Shown: one piece after another, positions 58,458 to 64,000 of the stretch
How positions within the stretch are numbered: the first letter of the stretch is position 1
Layout: every line of letters starts with the position of its first letter
NCBI GenBank assembly: GCA_049325335.1
Contig: JBMOMC010000001.1
Location: forward strand, 224,001 to 288,000
Source of the DNA: Nitrospirota bacterium
GTDB lineage: Bacteria > Nitrospirota > Nitrospiria > 2-01-FULL-66-17
Reading direction: 5' to 3'
DNA length: 64,000 bases
Notes under the pieces: generated by a model
The model's database searches: none
The model's input: the letters and a program-made list of their open reading frames with translations, nothing else
What the model was told of the DNA's origin: nothing
Program-made: the position numbers and the translations under genes

Positions 58458-59132
58458 GTGAGCGCCGTCCGCGTCGTTGACCTGGCCAAGGCGCATGGGC
58501 ACTACCGGGTGTTCGAGCAGGTGTCGTTCGAACTCATGTCCGGCGAGTGTCTGGCCCTCTTCGGCCCCAACGGCGCCGGGAAAACCACGCTGATCCGCAT
58601 TCTCGCCACGTTGTCGCGACCCACCGCCGGACGGTTTGAGATCCACGGGCACGACGGCGTCCGCGACAAAGACGCGGTCCGGGCGTCCTTGCTCTTATTG
58701 GCTCACGGCTCGCATCTGTACGACGAACTCGACGGGGCGGAAAATCTTCGCTTCGCGCTCGCCCTGCGCGACCTGTCCCCGACCGATCGAGATGTGAAGC
58801 TGGCGCTCGACCGCGTGGGCATCGGCGCGTTCGCGGATCTTAAAACCCGCTACTATTCCGCGGGCATGAAGAAACGGCTGACTCTCGCCAAATCCATGCT
58901 GGTGCGCCCCAAGGTCCTGTTGCTGGACGAACCCTATACCTCGCTCGACGAAGCCGGCGTGGCCTTGGTCAACCAGCACCTGCGCGCCATCACCGGGGAC
59001 GGCGCCGCCGTGCTCATGACCACGCACGACCGCGCGCGCTCCGCGGAGGTGGCGCACCGCGCCGGCGTCCTGGACAAGGGCCGCCTTCGCGAAGTCCCGG
59101 TTGAGCGCCTGCGACACGATGTCCTTTTTTAA
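58458..59132 (+). CDS. ccmA: Heme export ABC ATP-binding protein
   Basis: GPNGAGKTT, YSAGMKKRL, LLDEPYTSLD; first gene of the ccm cluster. Confidence 0.9.
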   Translation: MSAVRVVDLAKAHGHYRVFEQVSFELMSGECLALFGPNGAGKTTLIRILATLSRPTAGRFEIHGHDGVRDKDAVRASLLLLAHGSHLYDELDGAENLRFALALRDLSPTDRDVKLALDRVGIGAFADLKTRYYSAGMKKRLTLAKSMLVRPKVLLLDEPYTSLDEAGVALVNQHLRAITGDGAAVLMTTHDRARSAEVAHRAGVLDKGRLREVPVERLRHDVLF

Positions 59133-59796
59133 CGTCATCCGCTGGGTCGCGTGGAAGGATTTTATCAGCGAGGTTCGCAGCCGCGAGACCCTGTCGTCGA
59201 TGTTTTTCTTCGCGCTGATCGTGATCCTGGTGTTCAGTTTCAGTTTTTCGATGGACCAACAGGAGGCGCGCGAGCTCATCGCGGGCATCATGTGGGTGGC
59301 GTTCGCGTTTACCGGGATCATCGGTCTCGGCAAATCTTTCTCCGCGGAACTGCAGAACGACTGCCTGGAGCACCTTCAAATCAGCCCGACCTCCAAGGGC
59401 GCTATTTTTTTGGGCAAACTGGCTTCGAACCTCCTGTTTATGCTCGCGGTGGAAATTATTTTGTTCCCCCTGTTCGTCATCTTTTTCAATCTGGACGTGG
59501 TTGAAGCCCTTCCCGTACTTTTGTTAGTATTCGCGTTGGCCACGCTCGGGCTGTCCACGGTCGGCACGCTGTTTTCGGCCATGACGGTGCAAGTGCGGGC
59601 CCGCGAAGTCATGCTACCTATTCTCCTGCTCCCCTTGGCGGTCCCGGTCATGATCGCGGCCGTCGAATCCACCCGCGGCGCGCTCAGCGGAGACCCGGTT
59701 TCGTTGTACGGCAATTGGTTACAATTGCTGGGCGTGTTCGACATCGTGTTCACCGTCGTGTCGTTCTGGGCGTTTGAATGGATCTTGGACTCATAG
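59119..59796 (+). CDS. ccmB: Heme exporter permease
   Basis: KDF.SE.R; AREVMLPILLLPLAVPVMIAAV. Confidence 0.9.
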   Translation: MSFFNVIRWVAWKDFISEVRSRETLSSMFFFALIVILVFSFSFSMDQQEARELIAGIMWVAFAFTGIIGLGKSFSAELQNDCLEHLQISPTSKGAIFLGKLASNLLFMLAVEIILFPLFVIFFNLDVVEALPVLLLVFALATLGLSTVGTLFSAMTVQVRAREVMLPILLLPLAVPVMIAAVESTRGALSGDPVSLYGNWLQLLGVFDIVFTVVSFWAFEWILDS

Positions 59797-59806
59797 GGAA
59801 CCTGGA

Positions 59807-60529
59807 ATGAACGCGCTCATTAAGTGGATGCAACGTTATGAGGGCTGGTTCGGCGCCGTGGGCGCGACGTGCATCGTGGCGGGGCTCTATCTGGGACTCG
59901 CGGCTTCTCCCCCCGACTATTACCAGGGCGAAGTGGTCCGCATCATGTATATCCACGTGCCGATCGTGCAGACCGCGATGCTCGCGTATTCGGTGTTGTT
60001 CGCGGGCAGTCTCTGGTATCTGTGGAAGCGCGATCCGATCGTGGACAACATGTGCCAGGCCGCGGCCGGTATCAGCGCGTTTTTGACCGCGGGCGGACTG
60101 ATCACGGGTTCCATCTGGGCCAAACCCACGTGGAACACCTGGTGGACGTGGGACGCGCGATTGGTCTCGTTCGCCGTAATGTTGATGATTCTGGCCGGGT
60201 ATTTGATGCTGCGCACGTTCGTGGACGAGCCGGAGCGCGAAGCACGGTACGCCGCGGTGCTGGCGATCGTCGGGTTCGTGGATCTGCCGATCGTGCACTT
60301 TTCCGTGGAATGGTGGCGCACGTTGCACCAGCCGCTGTCGATCTCCATGCGCGGGATCGCCATGTCGTCGGAAATCTTGCGCCCGTTGATCGTGATGAGC
60401 ATCGGGTTTTCCGTGTTGTTCGTGTACATTCTGATGGTCCGCACGCAGATGTATTACTTGACCCATCTGCTCCGAGCCAAAAAGGGGCGGCTGCTCAGCC
60501 ACGCGCACCTCTCGGATCTGCCCACGTGA
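59807..60529 (+). CDS. ccmC: Heme chaperone-loading protein
   Basis: QGEVVRIMYIHVP, GSIWAKPTWNTWWTWDARL, SVEWWRTLHQ. Confidence 0.95.
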   Translation: MNALIKWMQRYEGWFGAVGATCIVAGLYLGLAASPPDYYQGEVVRIMYIHVPIVQTAMLAYSVLFAGSLWYLWKRDPIVDNMCQAAAGISAFLTAGGLITGSIWAKPTWNTWWTWDARLVSFAVMLMILAGYLMLRTFVDEPEREARYAAVLAIVGFVDLPIVHFSVEWWRTLHQPLSISMRGIAMSSEILRPLIVMSIGFSVLFVYILMVRTQMYYLTHLLRAKKGRLLSHAHLSDLPT

Positions 60530-61038
60530 CGCGCTTGTACGTGCAATGGCTGGTCCTCTCGCTGGCCGCGGCCCTGGTGGCGGTCGCGGCATCGCGGTAT
60601 TACACCCGCCATTTGCTCACCATCCCTCCGGAGGCCGTGGCAAGCGGCGCCGCGGGAGCGGACCTGGTGCGCGTGCAAGGACTGGTCGAAGGCGGGACCC
60701 TAACCGGCGATCCCGCGTCCGGTCACGCCGCATTTCGGCTCGGGGGCGATCACGACGCCCTGCAGGTTGAATACAACGGGCCGCCGCCCGAGAACCTCCG
60801 CGAGTTGAAAACCTTGGTGGTGATCGGCCGGTGGGACCAGGAGCGCCGCGTGTTCTCGGCTCACGATCTGGGATTGATCCCCAACTACGGCTTCGTGGTC
60901 AGCGCGTACCTGATCGCCCTGATCCCCCTCGCGTTGTTTATCTTCTTCATGGAACGACGCGTGCGGCTGTTGTATCGAGAAATCAAGGACGCCAAAATGT
61001 ATGAACCGGAGCCGACTGCTCATGTGGACGCGCGGTAA
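60526..61038 (+). CDS. CcmE-like OB-fold domain (no heme-binding motif) fused to a CcmD-like C-terminal helix
   Basis: TM, VRVQGLV..GT, V.Y.G..P...RE...VV.G, then NYGFVVSAYLIALIPL..F..MERRVRLL; sits at the ccmD position. Confidence 0.7.
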   Translation: MTRLYVQWLVLSLAAALVAVAASRYYTRHLLTIPPEAVASGAAGADLVRVQGLVEGGTLTGDPASGHAAFRLGGDHDALQVEYNGPPPENLRELKTLVVIGRWDQERRVFSAHDLGLIPNYGFVVSAYLIALIPLALFIFFMERRVRLLYREIKDAKMYEPEPTAHVDAR

Positions 61039-61477
61039 ACAAATCGGCATCATTGTCAGCCTCCTGCTCGTGGCGGCTTCTCTGGGGTATCTCGCCTTGG
61101 GCAACTTCGGCGAGAACTTGGTGTATTTCTTCACGCCGTCCGAGGTCTCGGGATTCACGCCCGATCATTACAACAAGAAAGTCCGCGTGGGCGGCATGGT
61201 GGTCAAGGGCAGCGTGAAGTCCACGCCGCAGCCGGTGGGCATGACGTTCGATCTGACTGACGGAGCCTCCACGATCCCGGTCACGTTCGAAGGTATTCCG
61301 CCCGACCTGTTTAAAGAAGGCCAGGGCGCAGTCGTGGAAGGCGTGTGGACGCCGAGCAAGGAGTTTCACTCCACTATGATCATGGCCAAACACTCCGAAG
61401 ACTACATGCCGATCGAGCTTAAACGCACGGGCGTCGAGCTCCCCAAGAAGGACTTTCTCAAAACCTTGAGTCAGTAA
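61022..61477 (+). CDS. ccmE: Heme chaperone CcmE
   Basis: NLVYFFTPSE, VRVGGMV..GS, PDLFKEGQG.VVEG, AKHSEDYMP (HxxxY). Confidence 0.95.
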   Translation: MWTRGKQIGIIVSLLLVAASLGYLALGNFGENLVYFFTPSEVSGFTPDHYNKKVRVGGMVVKGSVKSTPQPVGMTFDLTDGASTIPVTFEGIPPDLFKEGQGAVVEGVWTPSKEFHSTMIMAKHSEDYMPIELKRTGVELPKKDFLKTLSQ

Positions 61478-61527
61478 CACACCCGACCGGACGCCCTTAT
61501 GCGCGCCTTTCACAGACATCCCGTCCC

Positions 61528-63477
61528 GTGATCATTGAACTGGGACATATCGCCGTCATCACCGCGTTGGTGCTCTCCGTGTTCGGGGTGGTCGCGCCCA
61601 TTATCGGGCTGCGCACCAAAAACCCCGACTGGCTCCGATCCGCGCGCCAAGCCGTCACCTTGGTCTTCGTCTTGCTCGCGCTCGGCATTGCCGCCCTGGA
61701 ATATGGGTACCTCACGCGAGACTTCTCTGTCGCCTACATCGCGGCCACGTCCAACTCCAAATTGCCGATCTTCTATACCGTGGCGGCGCTGTGGGGCGGA
61801 CACGAAGGCTCATTGCTGCTCTGGGTGTTCATCTTGTCCGCCTTCAGCACCGTGGCGGTGTGGCTGCACTGGCGCACCCAACCCGCGATCATGCCGTATC
61901 TTATGGCCGTGGAATCCGCGGTCACGTTTGGGTTCTTGATGCTGATCGTGTTCCTGTCCAACCCCTTCGAGCGCATTTTCCCAACGCCCCTGGACGGCAA
62001 AGACCTCAATCCCCTGTTGCAGGACCCGGCCATGACCATGCACCCGCCCATGCTTTACATGGGGTACGTGGGCTTCTCGATTCCCTTTGCCTTCGCGATG
62101 GCCGCGCTGTTCTCCGGTCGTCTGGGCGAAGAATGGATCAAGGTCACGCAGCGCTGGACCATCTTCGCGTGGCTCTGCCTGACGGTCGGGATCATGATGG
62201 GCGGGTACTGGGCCTACTACGAGTTGGGGTGGGGCGGGTACTGGGGGTGGGACCCGGTGGAGAACGCGTCGTTTATGCCGTGGCTGGTCGGCACCGCGTT
62301 TCTGCACTCGGTGATGGTGCAGGAAAAACGCAAGATGTTCAAAGTGTGGAACCTCTTTCTGATCATCCTGACGTTCTCCCTGTCCCTGATCGGCACGTTC
62401 CTGGTGCGCTCCGGCGTGCTGACCTCGGTGCACACGTTCGCGACCGACCCCGAACGCGGCGTGTTTATCTTGCTCTTTCTCGGGGTGGTGATGGGCACAG
62501 CGTTCGGGACGTTGATCGTGCGCGCGCCGAAACTCAAAAGCCGGATCGAACTCGATTCGGTCGTGTCGCGCGAATCCGTGTTCCTGTTCAATAACCTGTT
62601 CTTTCTGGTGGCCGCGGCCACCGTGTTTCTGGGCACCCTGTATCCGCTGATGATCGAAACCTGGAAGGGCTCCAAAGTCACGGTGGGCCCGCCCTACTAC
62701 AACGCGGTGTTCATGCCTATCGCGCTGGGCCTGTTGTTCCTCATGGGCGTGGGGCCTTACATTGCGTGGCGCAAAGCCTCGATTGACAACTTGAAGAAAA
62801 ATTTTCTGGCGCCGCTGCTCGTCGCGGCTGTGGCCACGCTTTCGGCATTCGGTTTGGGATTTCGCGGCCCGTTTCCCCTTTCCGGGGCCTTTGTCGTCGG
62901 ATTCGTCGCCACTGCGATCGCGGTGGATGTGGGCAAGGTGTCGGCGTTTTTCGCGCGACGCGACCATGTCGACTACCTCCGCGGGTTTTTTCGCGCGTTT
63001 CGGAACAATCAGCGACGATACGCCGGCACCGTGACCCATTTCGGCGTGTTGATCACGGTGGTCGGCATCATCGCGTCGACCGTGTATCAAACCGAAAAGG
63101 TGGTGTCGGTCACGGTCGGAGATGAATTCGTCTTGGGTGAGTACCGGGTGCGGCTCGCGCAGATCCACGACGTGCGGGGCCCCAACTGGACCGCGCGCGA
63201 AGGACGCTTCGAGTTATACCGAGACGCTCAACTGATCACGGAGCTCACGCCGCAAAAACGCGTGTACGACGCGACGCAAACGCCTACCACCGAGTCCGCG
63301 ATTTTCGCCATCAACATGGGCCACGTGTTTCTCACTATGCCGGAGGTCACGCCCGACGGCGTCGCGACGGCGCGCGGAGTGATCAACCCGCTGATCCTCT
63401 GGGTGTGGGGCGGCGGCGGCATCATGGGCGTGGGCGTCATATTGAACATGTTCCGTCCTCGCAAACGCGACGAATGA
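61528..63477 (+). CDS. ccmF: Cytochrome c heme lyase subunit
   Basis: WGGHEGSLLLW, LNPLLQDP.M..HPP.LY, WAYYELGWGGYWGWDPVENAS, RSGVLTSVH.FA. Confidence 0.96.
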   Translation: MIIELGHIAVITALVLSVFGVVAPIIGLRTKNPDWLRSARQAVTLVFVLLALGIAALEYGYLTRDFSVAYIAATSNSKLPIFYTVAALWGGHEGSLLLWVFILSAFSTVAVWLHWRTQPAIMPYLMAVESAVTFGFLMLIVFLSNPFERIFPTPLDGKDLNPLLQDPAMTMHPPMLYMGYVGFSIPFAFAMAALFSGRLGEEWIKVTQRWTIFAWLCLTVGIMMGGYWAYYELGWGGYWGWDPVENASFMPWLVGTAFLHSVMVQEKRKMFKVWNLFLIILTFSLSLIGTFLVRSGVLTSVHTFATDPERGVFILLFLGVVMGTAFGTLIVRAPKLKSRIELDSVVSRESVFLFNNLFFLVAAATVFLGTLYPLMIETWKGSKVTVGPPYYNAVFMPIALGLLFLMGVGPYIAWRKASIDNLKKNFLAPLLVAAVATLSAFGLGFRGPFPLSGAFVVGFVATAIAVDVGKVSAFFARRDHVDYLRGFFRAFRNNQRRYAGTVTHFGVLITVVGIIASTVYQTEKVVSVTVGDEFVLGEYRVRLAQIHDVRGPNWTAREGRFELYRDAQLITELTPQKRVYDATQTPTTESAIFAINMGHVFLTMPEVTPDGVATARGVINPLILWVWGGGGIMGVGVILNMFRPRKRDE

Positions 63478-64000
63478 CGCGCGTATGGCAAATCGCGTTG
63501 GTCGCGGGCCTGCTGGGCCTCTTTGTCCTGTTTTACCAGGGGCTGTGGGGCAATCCGCGCTACATCCCCACGGTGCTGATCGGCACCCCGGCGCCGACGT
63601 TCTCCGCGCCCGTGCTCGGAACCGGCGAGACGCTTTCGCTCGATCAGTTCAAGGGCAAGGTGGTGCTACTGAACTTCTGGGCGTCGTGGTGCCAGGAGTG
63701 CCGGTTGGAGCACACGAACTTGCTGGCGCTCAACGACCAATTCCGTCACGACCCCAACTTCGTGATGTTGGGCATCAACTACCAAGATAAGGAACACGAC
63801 GCGCTGGACTACATCAAAACGTTCGGCACGAACTTCGCGCACGTGCGGGACGCCAAAAACACCCTGTCGTTCGATTACGGCGTGTACGGCGTCCCTGAAA
63901 CGTTCGTGATCGACCAACAGGGCGTGATTCGTTGCAAAACCATCGGACCGATTATCGGCCCGGTCTACGCCAACTACACCCAGCGGGTGCTGCCCACGCT
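63474..64000 (+). CDS. ccmG: CcmG/DsbE thioredoxin (3' end runs off the window)
   Basis: My translation from ATG 63474 gives a TM segment, GKVVLLNFWASWCQECRLEH and DYGVYGVPETFVID. Confidence 0.88.
   Translation, partial: MTRVWQIALVAGLLGLFVLFYQGLWGNPRYIPTVLIGTPAPTFSAPVLGTGETLSLDQFKGKVVLLNFWASWCQECRLEHTNLLALNDQFRHDPNFVMLGINYQDKEHDALDYIKTFGTNFAHVRDAKNTLSFDYGVYGVPETFVIDQQGVIRCKTIGPIIGPVYANYTQRVLPT

Overview
GC-rich bacterial chromosomal segment, probably Nitrospirota-like (inferred from gene content and repeat style, not proven). The left part holds housekeeping and accessory genes on the - strand: partial sthA, a NagD-type HAD hydrolase, two low-GC lipoproteins, a frameshift-fused BrnT-type toxin-antitoxin pair, yajQ, a hybrid kinase with a degenerate GGDEF domain, an ABC-2 exporter, lolA and ftsK. 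The main feature is a ~13.6 kb + strand operon (12.4-26.0 kb). It encodes three secreted multiheme c-type cytochromes (5, 4 and 12 heme motifs) that share an OmcE-like tetraheme module, two NHL beta-propeller lipoproteins, a degenerate parvulin/SurA chaperone, a ~630 aa outer-membrane beta-barrel, three non-catalytic FGE/SUMF1-fold proteins and a four-helix-bundle gene. This is a candidate cytochrome-nanowire or extracellular electron transfer system with its own assembly machinery. Its gene junctions carry inverted octamer arrays. Downstream lie an AAA ATPase, an HDOD protein, a mitochondrial-type aconitase, a DUF4160/DUF2442 pair, a CPA1 antiporter, a RAYT-like transposase remnant and a cold-shock gene. 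These are followed by a putative sigma54 operon with an AlgE-like porin and NrtABD-type transporter, and a Pho-box-marked pst locus with a duplicated porin-pstS module. The right end carries rmuC, bamD, sirC, ccdA/tlpA and a System I ccm operon with an unusual CcmE-like/CcmD-like fusion. No rRNA, tRNA or CRISPR array was seen. All calls come from reading motifs by eye; no database search was run.
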